Origin: Thalassobaculaceae bacterium | GTDB taxonomy: Bacteria; Pseudomonadota; Alphaproteobacteria; Thalassobaculales; Thalassobaculaceae | Length of the DNA stretch: 64,000 bases | Assembly: GCA_965228875.1 (NCBI GenBank) | Contig: OZ245843.1 | Span: 2,276,616-2,340,615, forward strand | Reading direction: 5' to 3' | Shown: piece by piece, positions 10,497 through 20,795 of the stretch | Layout: every line of letters begins with the position of its first letter | How positions within the stretch are numbered: the first letter of the stretch is position 1 | Position numbers and translations under genes: made by a program | The notes under the pieces: model-generated | What the model was told of the DNA's origin: nothing | The model's database searches: none | Seen by the model: the letters and a program-made list of their open reading frames with translations, nothing else

Positions 10497-12206
10497 ATGG
10501 ACATCAAAATGCGCGACACACCGCCGTCCCTGGCGCCCAGCACGGTCGAGCTGTTTACGCCGAAGCTCGTCACCGTCCTGCGCGAGGGCTATTCCGCCGC
10601 CCATCTCCGGCGCGACGCCATCGCCGGCCTGACCGTCGCGATTGTCGCCCTGCCGCTGTCCATGGCGATCGCCATCGCCTCCGGCGCCACGCCGGCGCAG
10701 GGACTGTACACCGCCATCGTCGGAGGCTTCCTGGTCTCGGCGCTCGGTGGGAGCCGGTTCCAGATCGGCGGGCCGGCCGGTGCCTTCATCGTCCTGGTCG
10801 CGGCCACGGTCCAGGCCCACGGCATGGAGGGCGCGATCCTGGCCACCCTGATGGCCGGGGTGATCCTCGCCGTCATCGGCGCACTTCGGCTCGGCACCTT
10901 CATCAAGTTCATCCCCTATCCGGTCACCGTGGGCTTCACCGCGGGGATCGCGGTCATCATCTTCGCCAGTCAGATCCGCCCGCTTCTCGGCCTCAGCCTG
11001 TCCGGGCCGGAACCGGGGCCGCTCGCCGACAAACTGCCGGCGCTCGGAGCCGCGCTGGGGACGGCCGACGCGGCGGCGATCGCGCTTTCGCTCGGCTCGG
11101 TCGCGGTGATCGTCCTTCTCAAGCGTCTGCGGCCCGACTGGCCCGGCATGCTGATCGCCGTGGCCGGCGCCGCCGTCGCCACCGCGCTGTTCGATCTCGA
11201 GGTCGAGACCATCGGCAGCGTGTTCGGCGGCATTCCGCAGAGCGTCCCGATGCCGTCCCTGCCGGAGATCAGCCTGGACAAGATGCAGGCGGTGCTGCCC
11301 GCCGCCATCGCCTTCGCCCTGCTCGGCTCGATCGAGTCCCTGCTCTCCGCCGTGGTCGCCGACGGCATGACCGGACGGCGTCACCGCTCGAACTGCGAAC
11401 TGGTGGCCCAGGGTGTCGCCAATATCGGCTCGGCCCTGTTCGGCGGGATCTGCGTGACCGGCACCATCGCCCGCACCGCCACCAATGTCCGCGCCGCCGC
11501 CCATGGCCCGGTATCGGGCATTCTGCACGCCGTCTTCCTGCTGGCCTTCGTTCTCGTGGCCGCCCCGCTGGCGAGCTTCATTCCGCTGGCGGCTCTCGCC
11601 GGCGTGCTCGCCTTCGTCGCCTGGAACATGGTGGAGAAGCATGCCTTCGTGACCCTGCTGCGGGCGTCGCGCGGCGACGCGGCCGTGCTGCTCGCGACCT
11701 TCGGACTGACGGTGTTCCGCGATCTGACCGAAGCCATCGTCGTCGGCTTCGCCCTCGGCTCGGTCCTGTTCATCTACCGGATGTCGAAGGTCACCGCGAT
11801 CGAGAGCCAGGTGCCCTTCGTCGCCGAGGACGAGCGCGACGACCGGCCCGACTACCACGAGCAGACGGCCGCCGATCCGGATACGGTGATCTACCGGATC
11901 TCCGGCGCCTTCTTCTTCGGCGCCGCCGCCTCCATCGGCTCGGTGCTCGACCGCATCGCCGACAGCCACCGACGGCTGATCCTCGACCTGGCCGCCGTGC
12001 CGTTCATCGACAGCACCGCCGCCAACACCATCGAGGGGCTGCTCACCCGCGCCCGCTGCCACGGCGTCGAGGTGGTGCTGACCGGCGCCTCGGCCGATAT
12101 CCGCCGGGAACTCGCCGCCCACGGCATCGCCCCTCCGGCGGTCGCGGTCGAACCGACCGTCGAGGCCGCGCTCGCCCGCCCGCTTTCCGCGACCGGCGCC
12201 GGTTAG
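10497..12206 (+). CDS. SulP-family inorganic anion transporter with STAS domain
   Basis: DAIAGLTVAIVALPLSMA, GLYTAIVGG, SIESLLSA, NCELVAQG and FIDST STAS motif; start uncertain. Confidence 0.9.
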   Translation: MDIKMRDTPPSLAPSTVELFTPKLVTVLREGYSAAHLRRDAIAGLTVAIVALPLSMAIAIASGATPAQGLYTAIVGGFLVSALGGSRFQIGGPAGAFIVLVAATVQAHGMEGAILATLMAGVILAVIGALRLGTFIKFIPYPVTVGFTAGIAVIIFASQIRPLLGLSLSGPEPGPLADKLPALGAALGTADAAAIALSLGSVAVIVLLKRLRPDWPGMLIAVAGAAVATALFDLEVETIGSVFGGIPQSVPMPSLPEISLDKMQAVLPAAIAFALLGSIESLLSAVVADGMTGRRHRSNCELVAQGVANIGSALFGGICVTGTIARTATNVRAAAHGPVSGILHAVFLLAFVLVAAPLASFIPLAALAGVLAFVAWNMVEKHAFVTLLRASRGDAAVLLATFGLTVFRDLTEAIVVGFALGSVLFIYRMSKVTAIESQVPFVAEDERDDRPDYHEQTAADPDTVIYRISGAFFFGAAASIGSVLDRIADSHRRLILDLAAVPFIDSTAANTIEGLLTRARCHGVEVVLTGASADIRRELAAHGIAPPAVAVEPTVEAALARPLSATGAG

Positions 12207-13075
12207 ACCGGCTCGCCCGTGAACAGCTTGAGCACGGCGATGCCGTCCTCCTCCTCGTGCCCGCGGGCCGCCATCAGACGGAACAGCTCCGCCGCCTGGG
12301 TCGACATCGGGATCGCCGCCCCAAGGTCGTGCGCAAGGTCATGGACCATGTCCAGGTCCTTGAGGACCTGGCGCAGATAACCGGCCGGTGCGTAGTCGCG
12401 CTCCATCATCCGCGGCCACATCGCCGCCATCAGGTTCGAGCCGGCATAGCCGGTCTCCAGCGCCGCCTGCAGCCGAGAGGTGTCGACGCCGCCGCGCTCG
12501 GCCAGGTTCAACGCCTCGGCCAGCACGACAAAATTGGTCAACACACAGACCTGGTTGACCATCTTCGTCACCTGGCCGGCACCGACCGGTCCGAGATGCA
12601 CCAGGCTCGCCGCCAGCCCCTCCAGCACGGGGCGGGCGCGCGCGACATCCACCTCCTCCCCGCCCATCATGATGGCCAGCGTGCCGGCCTGCGCCGCCGG
12701 CGGACCTCCGGAGACCGGCGCGTCGATCCAGCCCGCTCCACGCTCCAGCTTCAGGCGCTCGGCCATCGTCTTGGTGCGGGCGACCACCGTGGTCGAGAAA
12801 TCGACGACGATCGCGTCGGCCGACATCGTGTCGACGGCACCGTCGGCGCCGAACAGCGTCCCCTCCAGGTCGTCCGTCGTGGTCACGCAGGTCATGACCA
12901 GATCCGCGCCGGCGGCGGCACCCGCCGGCGTGTCGGCGGGCGTGACGCCCCAACCCGAGGCCGCCTGCCGCCGCTCCATCTTCGGATCGAAGCCGGATAC
13001 CGAGTGACCGAGTTCGATCAATCGGCGGGTGAAGCCCTCGCCCATAAGGCCAAGGCCGAGAAACGCGATGCGCAT
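12203..13075 (-). CDS. NAD(P)-dependent oxidoreductase, 3-hydroxyisobutyrate dehydrogenase family
   Basis: FLGLGLMG, DAPVSGG, catalytic K in TKMVNQ, KDL. Confidence 0.88.
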   Translation of the reverse strand: MRIAFLGLGLMGEGFTRRLIELGHSVSGFDPKMERRQAASGWGVTPADTPAGAAAGADLVMTCVTTTDDLEGTLFGADGAVDTMSADAIVVDFSTTVVARTKTMAERLKLERGAGWIDAPVSGGPPAAQAGTLAIMMGGEEVDVARARPVLEGLAASLVHLGPVGAGQVTKMVNQVCVLTNFVVLAEALNLAERGGVDTSRLQAALETGYAGSNLMAAMWPRMMERDYAPAGYLRQVLKDLDMVHDLAHDLGAAIPMSTQAAELFRLMAARGHEEEDGIAVLKLFTGEPV

Positions 13076-13100
13076 GGCGGTCCCCAAGGTCGGTGTGCGG

Positions 13101-14066
13101 TCAGTGCAACTGCGGGCCCTTAAGCAACTGGCCCCGGGCGACCGACGAGACGGTCAGGTCCAGGCGCTCCCCCTCACGGATGACGGTGACCGGAATATCC
13201 GCCCCGGCCGGCCCGACCGACCAGACCCGACGGAACATCTCGGCCAGCGTGGCGACGGGCGCGCCGTTCACCTTCTCGATGATGTCGCCGACCTGCACGT
13301 CGGCCGTCTCCGCCGGTCCGTCATCGGCGACGCCGGCCACCACCAGCCGATCCTCGACCTCCGTGCAGTACATTCCGAGCCAGGGTCGCGGGATCCGGCC
13401 CGACGTCCCGCGGGTGACCATGCTCTCGTAGATCGGCTTGATCAGGTCGATCGGCACCATCATGTTGCCGTCGATCGGCGTCTCGTCGCCCTGGCTCTGC
13501 TGGATGAACAGGGAGCCGATGCCGACCAGGCGTCCATCCTGATCGAACAGCCCGGTGCCACCCCAGTTCGGATGCGCCGGCGAGGTGAAGATCGCCTCGT
13601 CCAGCAGGTACTCCCAGTATCCGGCGAACTCGCGCACAGCGATGACCCGCGCGTTGATCGCCGACCTGCGGCCGCCATGACCGACGACGATGACAGCATC
13701 GCCCTCCATCACGTCGGATGACACGCCCATCTCGACCGCCGGCAGGTCCATGCAGCCGAGCGCCTGGACCAGGCCCAATCCGGTCTCCTGGTCATAGGCC
13801 AGGACGGTTCCGGGATAGGCCCGGCCCTGGTTGTCGGTGATCCAGATCGTCTCGGCTTCCGTGATCAGGTAGCCGATGGTCAGGATCAGACCGTCGCCGC
13901 GGATCACCACCCCGTTGCCCGACCGTTCCGTGCCGAGCACCGACGCGGTGAAGGCATCCTCGGGGATGTGGCAACTCACGCCGACGACGGCGGAAAGGAT
14001 CCTGTTCAGGTCGAATCCCACGTGTTCCTGGCGCGGATTCTCTGGTGCGGGCGAGTCCTCGGCCAT
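13101..14066 (-). CDS. trypsin-like (S1C) peptidase-domain protein with PDZ domain
   Basis: SGNGVVI, ILTIGYLI, PNWGG and C-terminal PDZ (GPAETADVQVGDII); canonical catalytic His/Ser not evident. Confidence 0.75.
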   Translation of the reverse strand: MAEDSPAPENPRQEHVGFDLNRILSAVVGVSCHIPEDAFTASVLGTERSGNGVVIRGDGLILTIGYLITEAETIWITDNQGRAYPGTVLAYDQETGLGLVQALGCMDLPAVEMGVSSDVMEGDAVIVVGHGGRRSAINARVIAVREFAGYWEYLLDEAIFTSPAHPNWGGTGLFDQDGRLVGIGSLFIQQSQGDETPIDGNMMVPIDLIKPIYESMVTRGTSGRIPRPWLGMYCTEVEDRLVVAGVADDGPAETADVQVGDIIEKVNGAPVATLAEMFRRVWSVGPAGADIPVTVIREGERLDLTVSSVARGQLLKGPQLH

Positions 14067-14213
14067 CTCTTTTCCATCGGTGGGTGATCGTGATTACGCG
14101 CAATCTAACACGCATTCAGGACATTTCAGCCCGGCCGTCACGCATGCCTGTCGTCTCTGTCGGCAGCTGGTCTATGCTCGTTCCGTTCTACAGCTCGGGC
14201 CAGGAACGGGGAC

Positions 14214-15143
14214 ATGGCGAACGACACGGTTCTTATCACCGGCGGCAGCGGTCTTCTGGGACATTTCGTCGTCGAGGCGATGCTGCCGGACCATCGCGTC
14301 GAGGTGCTGGACGTCAGGCCCCCGACCCAGGACGTGATCTACCGCGAGGTCGACATCCGCGACATCGAGGCGGTGCGCAGCGCCGTGCGGGGCCATGACC
14401 GGATCATTCACCTGGCCGGTATCGACGATGGTGTCGACGTGCCCGACCACACCTACTTCGAGGTCAATGTCCAAGGCACCTGGAACCTTCTGCGCGCCGC
14501 CGAGGAGGAAGGCGTGCGCAAGGTGGTCGTCGCGTCTTCCGCCGCTTCCTTCGGCTTCGCCGCAGACACCCCGCCCGACCGCCTGCCGATCGACGAGACC
14601 CACCCCCAGCGGCCGCGCCGGACATACGACCTGACCAAGCAACTGATGGAACGCACGGCGGAAAGCTTCGCGCGGCGTGGACGCGGCGGTGACGGCGGCA
14701 TCGCCTCGATCGTCTGCCTGCGTCCGACCCTGGTAGCCCGGCCGGTGAAGATCCCCGAGATGCTGGCGGAGCTCGCGACCCTGTCGGTGGAGGACGGTCA
14801 TCCCGGCGTCGCGGTCGACGCGCCGCTCTACGGCGGCCTGCCGCTCCTGCGGACCTACGTCACCTCCCGCGACGCCGCCGCGGCGTTCCGCGCGGCACTC
14901 CTGGCCGACACCGCGCCCTACGCGGTCTATCTGATCGCCGCCCGCGACACCCTGGGCAGCGTCGATACGCTCGCGTTCCTCGACCGCAACGGGAGCATGC
15001 GCCCGGACGTCCGGGACACCGCGTGGTTCGCCCGAAGCGACGCCAGTCCGTTCGACACCCGCGCCGCCGAGCAGGACCTCGGCTGGGTCGCCGGCGACGA
15101 CTGGCCGTCGGTGGTCGCGGCCGCGACCGGAGCCGGCGGATGA
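14214..15143 (+). CDS. NAD-dependent epimerase/dehydratase
   Basis: ITGGSGLLG, IIHLAG, NVQGTWN and YxxxK (YDLTK). Confidence 0.88.
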   Translation: MANDTVLITGGSGLLGHFVVEAMLPDHRVEVLDVRPPTQDVIYREVDIRDIEAVRSAVRGHDRIIHLAGIDDGVDVPDHTYFEVNVQGTWNLLRAAEEEGVRKVVVASSAASFGFAADTPPDRLPIDETHPQRPRRTYDLTKQLMERTAESFARRGRGGDGGIASIVCLRPTLVARPVKIPEMLAELATLSVEDGHPGVAVDAPLYGGLPLLRTYVTSRDAAAAFRAALLADTAPYAVYLIAARDTLGSVDTLAFLDRNGSMRPDVRDTAWFARSDASPFDTRAAEQDLGWVAGDDWPSVVAAATGAGG

Positions 15144-16402
15144 CGGACCGGCCCGATGCCGCCGCCTTCGAAGCCTCGATGCGCCAGGAGTTCCTGAAGA
15201 AGGAGAACCTGGCCAAGCTGTTCAACCTCGTCCTGCCTCATCTGACGCCCGGCAGTCCGGCACTGGTCTACATCCTGGCCCAGACCGACCGGATCGGCCA
15301 TTTCATGATCGAAGCGCAGATCCTGAAGTCGCTCTACGGCGACTGCTATTCGCGCATCGTCGTCGTCACCCCGCCGATGGATCAGCCCGGCACCAACACC
15401 GCCGTGCGCGCCTGTTTCGGCGACCCGTTCGTCTGGGTCGAGAGCGACGACCCGGTGTTCAAGGCGATGGGCTTCATCGACGGCGGCCTTGCGGACCTCC
15501 AGCACCTGCACCTGCTGCTGAAGTCGCCACGCCTGCTGATCGTCGATTTCTGGCGCGAGGTGGTCGCCGGGCTGCGCCCTGCCCGGCTCGACCTGCCGGA
15601 GGCGGTGCGCGGGCGCGGGCGCGCCCAACTGAGCGCCATCGGCATCGACCCCGAGGCGCCCTTCGTCTTCTTCCACGTCCGCACGACCAAGTATCAGGCG
15701 GGACACGAGGTCCACAGCCACCGCACCACCAGTATCGAGCCCTATGCCGCCTCGATCCGTCGGATTCTGGACGCCGGCTATCAGGTGGTGCGGATCGGCG
15801 AGCCGGGGCTCGAGCCCGAGGGCTGGATGGGCGACGGCTATGTCAGCCTGCCGGACGCCCTGCCCGGACTGGCGCCCGATGACCGGGCGGTCGACCTGAC
15901 GGTGCTGGCCGACGCCGCGTTCGGCACGGCGCAGAACTCCGGCCCGATCTGGGTCGCCGCCGCGTTCGGCACGCCGACCCTGCGGACCAGCACGCCCTTC
16001 GAGCACCTGAACCTGCCGTACAACCGCGACCTGACCGTGTTCAAGAGCTACCGCGACCGGGAGAGCGGCCGGTTGCTGAACTATCGCGAGATCCTGGAGC
16101 GCCGGTTGCCGGCGGTGCTGCGCGATGCCGATTTCGCCGCCAAGGGCGTCGACCTGATCGACAACACCGCCGAGCAGATCGACGCCGCGACGGCGGAGTT
16201 CCTAGCGTTCCACACCGGCGGTCCGGGCGGCCTCGAAGCGACCGACGCCGCGCGGTTCCTGGCCCTCGGCCGGGACTACGAGGCCGCCATCAGCGCCGAC
16301 CCCTGGTTTCGCCGCGAGAACCTGGACTTCTACGGCTACGCCCACGACTTCGGCACCATCTCCACCGCCCAACTGGCCGGACATCCGGAGTTCCTCGCAT
16401 GA
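15140..16402 (+). CDS. putative glycosyltransferase (TIGR04372-like), copy 1
   Basis: DRIGH, FVFFHVR, GYQVVRIG and NSGP...AAAFG motifs; ATGA overlap with epimerase. Confidence 0.7.
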   Translation: MTDRPDAAAFEASMRQEFLKKENLAKLFNLVLPHLTPGSPALVYILAQTDRIGHFMIEAQILKSLYGDCYSRIVVVTPPMDQPGTNTAVRACFGDPFVWVESDDPVFKAMGFIDGGLADLQHLHLLLKSPRLLIVDFWREVVAGLRPARLDLPEAVRGRGRAQLSAIGIDPEAPFVFFHVRTTKYQAGHEVHSHRTTSIEPYAASIRRILDAGYQVVRIGEPGLEPEGWMGDGYVSLPDALPGLAPDDRAVDLTVLADAAFGTAQNSGPIWVAAAFGTPTLRTSTPFEHLNLPYNRDLTVFKSYRDRESGRLLNYREILERRLPAVLRDADFAAKGVDLIDNTAEQIDAATAEFLAFHTGGPGGLEATDAARFLALGRDYEAAISADPWFRRENLDFYGYAHDFGTISTAQLAGHPEFLA

Positions 16403-17637
16403 CCGACAAGTTCGCGGCGGCCGCGGGCCGGTTCACCGTCGAGACGATGCGCGAGGCGACAGCCGAGGCGGTGAAGCTGGTCGCGCCACATCTGATCCCC
16501 GGCGAGCGTACCCTGGTCTACATCCTGTCGCAGTCGGATCGGATCGGCCATTTCGGTCTGGAGACCCAGATCATCCGCACGCTGTACGAGGACGAATACG
16601 ACCGCATCCTCATCATCACCCACCTGATGTCGGCGCCCGGAACGAACCCGTGGATCCGCGCCTGCGCCGGTCCGAAGATCCGCTTCGTCGAGGTCGACAA
16701 TTTCAACATCCAGATGCTGGGGCAGATCGATGCCGGTCTCCAGCGGATCAGCATTCTGGACACGCTGTTCGCCAAGCCGCGCACGATCATCACGCGCTTC
16801 TATCGGCACATCCTCGACGGTGGCACCGTCAAGCCGCTGGACCTGGCGCCGGAGGTCGAGGACATCGCCCGCTCCGTCCTGCGCGAGCGTGGGATCGATC
16901 CGGACGCGCCCTTCGTGTTCTTTCACAACCGAACGCTCGACTACATACCGGGCATGACCTACCACGCCTACCGCACCGCCGAGATCATGACCTACCGACC
17001 GGCGATCGCCCGGCTGATCGATGCCGGCTACCGGGTCATCCGCCTCGGCGAACCGGGGCTCGACACGATGGGGTTGCCGGCCGATGCCTATGTCAACGTG
17101 CCTGACTGGGGCGGCGTCGACCGGGCGGTCGATCTGTTTGTCCTCGCCCGCAACGCCTTCGGACTGGCGCAGAACTCCGGCCCGATCTGGGTCGCCGCCG
17201 CCTTCGGCCGCCAGGTCGTCCGCACCAACGCGCCGTTCGAGCACCTCAACATGCCGTACAACGACGACATTTCGCTGTTCAAACACTATCGCCGGTCGGG
17301 TTCGGCGGAACGGATGACCTATCGCGAGATCCTGGACGCCGGCGTTCCGGCGATGTTGAGCAGCGAGGACATTGCCGCCGCCGGGATCGAGGTCGAGGGC
17401 AATACGCCGGACGAACTGCTGGCGACGACCGAGGAGATGCTGCATCGTGCCGACGGCCGCTGGCAGCCCGACGAAGTGATCGACTCCCGGTTCCGCGCGC
17501 TCGGCGCGACCTACGAGACCCGGATCAAGGCCGACCCGGAAATGCGACGCGCGACGCTGGACTTCTACGGCTACGCCCAACCCTTCGGCAGCCTGGCCCG
17601 GGCCATGACCACGTTCAGTCCGCGGTTCCTCGACTGA
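16399..17637 (+). CDS. putative glycosyltransferase (TIGR04372-like), copy 2
   Basis: Paralog of the upstream ORF (shared AQNSGPIWVAAAFG, PFEHLN, LDFYGYA); ATGA overlap. Confidence 0.7.
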   Translation: MTDKFAAAAGRFTVETMREATAEAVKLVAPHLIPGERTLVYILSQSDRIGHFGLETQIIRTLYEDEYDRILIITHLMSAPGTNPWIRACAGPKIRFVEVDNFNIQMLGQIDAGLQRISILDTLFAKPRTIITRFYRHILDGGTVKPLDLAPEVEDIARSVLRERGIDPDAPFVFFHNRTLDYIPGMTYHAYRTAEIMTYRPAIARLIDAGYRVIRLGEPGLDTMGLPADAYVNVPDWGGVDRAVDLFVLARNAFGLAQNSGPIWVAAAFGRQVVRTNAPFEHLNMPYNDDISLFKHYRRSGSAERMTYREILDAGVPAMLSSEDIAAAGIEVEGNTPDELLATTEEMLHRADGRWQPDEVIDSRFRALGATYETRIKADPEMRRATLDFYGYAQPFGSLARAMTTFSPRFLD

Positions 17638-17838
17638 GGACGCGTGCCGGAAGCCTGTGGCCCGTAAACCTGCACCCGCTGTACGCGAGCCCCCCTTTGC
17701 CCTCCCCCACCCCATCGCGTTTCGGATCCAGCGAAGATGATTTTGGGGTGACGACAGGCGCCGCCCGCCGCCGCTAGACTGAAAGAAAAAGTGGCCACAG
17801 GGGCCCGGATCGGCGCCCCCGACGGGAGGACAAGGCGC

Positions 17839-18141
17839 ATGTATACGATCGATCCCGATCGCATAGACCTGATCGAGGAATTCAAGGCGAGCCCGTTCGG
17901 CGAGCACAGCCCGGATCTCCAGTACATGCTGAACCAGTTGCGCCGCGACGTCGGCGACGAGTTCCCGGTACTGGTCATGACCAAGCCGCACGAGCAGTGG
18001 ACGCTTGCCTGGATGAAGACCGGCGTCGTGGCGCCGCCGCGCCGGACCAACACCACCTTCGACAGCGTCGAGGAAGCGGAATGGGAGGTGTTCAAGCTCC
18101 GTTTCCACACGGCCACCGGCCGCCCCTGTCCGATCTCCTGA
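17839..18141 (+). CDS. N,N-dimethylformamidase small (alpha) subunit-like protein
   Basis: EEFKASPFG..SPDLQ and F.S.EEAE..VF..R pattern resembles DmfA1; 10 nt upstream of the large subunit; GGAGG RBS. Confidence 0.6.
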   Translation: MYTIDPDRIDLIEEFKASPFGEHSPDLQYMLNQLRRDVGDEFPVLVMTKPHEQWTLAWMKTGVVAPPRRTNTTFDSVEEAEWEVFKLRFHTATGRPCPIS

Positions 18142-18151
18142 GGAGGCCGCG

Positions 18152-20401
18152 ATGACCGCCATTCTGGCCTACTCGGACCGGTTCCGCGCCCGCGCCGGAG
18201 AGACCCTTGCCTTCAAGGTGTCGCGAGAGACACCGGGTCCGTTCACCGCCACGATCATGAAGCTGACCGGGCCTGAAGCCGGACCGCAGGGGCCGGGCTG
18301 GGCGCCGGTCCCGATCGACCGCCTGTCCGGCACGGCTCCGCACCAGCCCACCCTGGCCGGATCCTTCGCCGCGATCTCCGCGCACCCGCTGTTCGCCGGA
18401 CTGCGCGACCTCACCCTGGCCGCCTATGTCTGGCCGACCACGCCGACCAAAGGCGAGCAGGCGATCGCCGGGTGCTGGTGCGCGGAGAGCGGACGCGGCT
18501 TCCAGTTGGCGATAGACGACGATGGCCGGCTGGAGGCCCGGGTCGGCGACGGGCGCACGATCGCCAGGGCGACGGTTGACACGCCGCTGCCGGAGCGCCG
18601 CTGGATGCTCGCGGCGATGACCCTCGACACCGCGGCCGGTACCCTCACGATCCGACAATGGCCGGTGGGCGAGGCGCGGTTCGATACCGAGGTGGCCCGC
18701 AGCGCCCGCACCGAGACCAATGTACGCCCGGATGCCCAGGGCCTTCCGTTCCTGATGGCCGCGTCCCGAGCGGGCGACGGCGGACCGACCGCCCCCTGGT
18801 CCGGTATCGCCGGCGGCGCCTTCTACAACGGCAAGATCGACCGGCCGCGCCTGTCGTCCCGGGCGCTCGACGCCGCCGGGATCCGCGCCCTCATGGCCGA
18901 CCGGATCGACGCCGACATCCGCGCCGGACTGGTGGCCGCCTGGGATTTCTCGCGGGACATCCCGACAGAGACGCTTCGAGACAGCGGACCGAACCGGCTG
19001 GACGGCTGCACCGTCAACCTGCCGGCCCGCGCCATGACCGGGCACAACTGGACCGGCGAGACCATGGCGTGGACGCAGCGGCCGGAGCACTACGGCGCCA
19101 TCCATTTCCACGACGACGACCTGGCCGACTGCAAATGGCAGACCGTCGCGGAGTGGACGGTGCCGTCTGACCTGGCGAGCGGCGTGTACTGCGCCCGCTT
19201 CGATGCCGACGGCTTCCCCTTCGACGTGCCTTTCGTGGTCAGTCCGCCGGTCGGCGTCGCCACCAACCGGGTCGCCTTCCTCGCGTCCTCGGCGACCTAC
19301 ACCGTCTATCTGAACAACCGGGGCCGCTTCGTCTCGCCGCTCACCCACCTCTATCACGGCCGTATGATCGTGCTCGACGACACCGACGAGCTGATGCTGC
19401 GGTTTCCGGAGATCGGCGTCTCGACCTACGACCGCCACTCGGACGGGTCGGGCGTGTGCTACTCAAGCCGCCACCGGCCTGCGACCAACATCCGCCCGAC
19501 CGGCCGGCACTGGAACTTCCACTGCGACCTGTTCATCGTGCACTGGCTGGAGACGCTGGCGGTCGACGGCGCCATCGACGGCTACGACGTCATCACGGAC
19601 GAGGACCTGCACACTCACGGCCTCGACCTGCTGCGGCCCTATGGCGTCGTTCTCACCGGCACCCATCCGGAATACGACAGCACCGAAATGCTCGACGCGC
19701 TCGACGGCTACATGCGGTCCGGCGGTCGTTTCATGTACATGGGCGGCAACGGCTTCTACTGGCGCATCGCCCATCACCCGACGCGCGCGGGCGTGATCGA
19801 GGTGCGCCGACCGGAGACCGGGGTGCGCGCCTGGATCGCCGAGCCGGGCGAGGCGCATCTCGGCTTCACCGGCGAACATGGTGGCCTGTGGCGGCGCCAG
19901 GGCCGGGCCCCGAACGCGCTGGCCGGGGTCGGGTTCATCTCCCAGGGGTTCGACCACTGCTCCTACTACCGCCGACAGGAGGGCGCGGACGATCCGCGCG
20001 CCGCGTTCGTCTTCGCCGGCGTGACAGACACCGTTCTCGGCGATTTCGGCCTGCTGCAGGGAGGGGCGGCGGGGCTCGAGATCGACAGCGCCGACACCAG
20101 GCTCGGCACGCCGCCGCACGCGCTGGTCCTGGCGACGTCGGAGAACCACTCGAACACCTACGAACTGGTCCCGGAGGAGGTGGCAATTCCGCACGGCGCC
20201 AGCAACGCGGTGCAGAACCGGGACGTGCACGCCGACATGGTGTTCTTCGAGACACCGAACGGCGGAGCGGTATGGTCATCCGGCTCGATCGCGTATGCCG
20301 GATCGCTCAGTTGGAACGGCTACGACAACAACATCGCCCGCCTGACCACCAACGTTCTGGTCCGGTTCGCCGACCCGACACCGTTCGAGATGCCGCAATG
20401 A
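18152..20401 (+). CDS. N,N-dimethylformamidase large (beta) subunit family protein
   Basis: YGAIHFHDDDL, SGVY, TY..Y.N, STYDRHSDGSG, THPEY, MYMGGNGFYW and GLEID motifs; LamG-like N-terminal region. Confidence 0.85.
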   Translation: MTAILAYSDRFRARAGETLAFKVSRETPGPFTATIMKLTGPEAGPQGPGWAPVPIDRLSGTAPHQPTLAGSFAAISAHPLFAGLRDLTLAAYVWPTTPTKGEQAIAGCWCAESGRGFQLAIDDDGRLEARVGDGRTIARATVDTPLPERRWMLAAMTLDTAAGTLTIRQWPVGEARFDTEVARSARTETNVRPDAQGLPFLMAASRAGDGGPTAPWSGIAGGAFYNGKIDRPRLSSRALDAAGIRALMADRIDADIRAGLVAAWDFSRDIPTETLRDSGPNRLDGCTVNLPARAMTGHNWTGETMAWTQRPEHYGAIHFHDDDLADCKWQTVAEWTVPSDLASGVYCARFDADGFPFDVPFVVSPPVGVATNRVAFLASSATYTVYLNNRGRFVSPLTHLYHGRMIVLDDTDELMLRFPEIGVSTYDRHSDGSGVCYSSRHRPATNIRPTGRHWNFHCDLFIVHWLETLAVDGAIDGYDVITDEDLHTHGLDLLRPYGVVLTGTHPEYDSTEMLDALDGYMRSGGRFMYMGGNGFYWRIAHHPTRAGVIEVRRPETGVRAWIAEPGEAHLGFTGEHGGLWRRQGRAPNALAGVGFISQGFDHCSYYRRQEGADDPRAAFVFAGVTDTVLGDFGLLQGGAAGLEIDSADTRLGTPPHALVLATSENHSNTYELVPEEVAIPHGASNAVQNRDVHADMVFFETPNGGAVWSSGSIAYAGSLSWNGYDNNIARLTTNVLVRFADPTPFEMPQ

Positions 20402-20772
20402 TCGACCACGTGTCCATTCCGGTCAGCGACCTGAAACGCGCGGCAGACTTCTGGGAACGGGTGCTGGCGCCGCTCGGGCTGAAGCGTTTCGTCGAGCGCG
20501 AACGGACGGTCGGCTTCGGCAAGACCTATCCCGAGTTCTGGCTGAACCGGCGCGACGACCTGCCGCCGGCGCCGGACAACACGGGCTACCACATCTGCAT
20601 GCGCGCGCCGGACCGGGCGGCGGTCGACGCCTTCCATGCGGCCGCCCTGGAGCAGGGCGGTCGCAGCGACGGGGCGCCGGGACCGCGCAAGGCGGAGGTG
20701 ACGCCCTACTACGGCGCCTTCGTGCGCGATCCCGACGGCAACAAGGTCGAGGCGATCACCTTTCCGCGGTGA
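20398..20772 (+). CDS. VOC/glyoxalase family protein
   Basis: MIDHVSIPV, H ICMRA, VDAFH, YYGAFVRDPDGNKVE; ATGA overlap. Confidence 0.88.
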   Translation: MIDHVSIPVSDLKRAADFWERVLAPLGLKRFVERERTVGFGKTYPEFWLNRRDDLPPAPDNTGYHICMRAPDRAAVDAFHAAALEQGGRSDGAPGPRKAEVTPYYGAFVRDPDGNKVEAITFPR

Positions 20773-20795
20773 CCGCCGCCGGGGCCGGACCGGGG

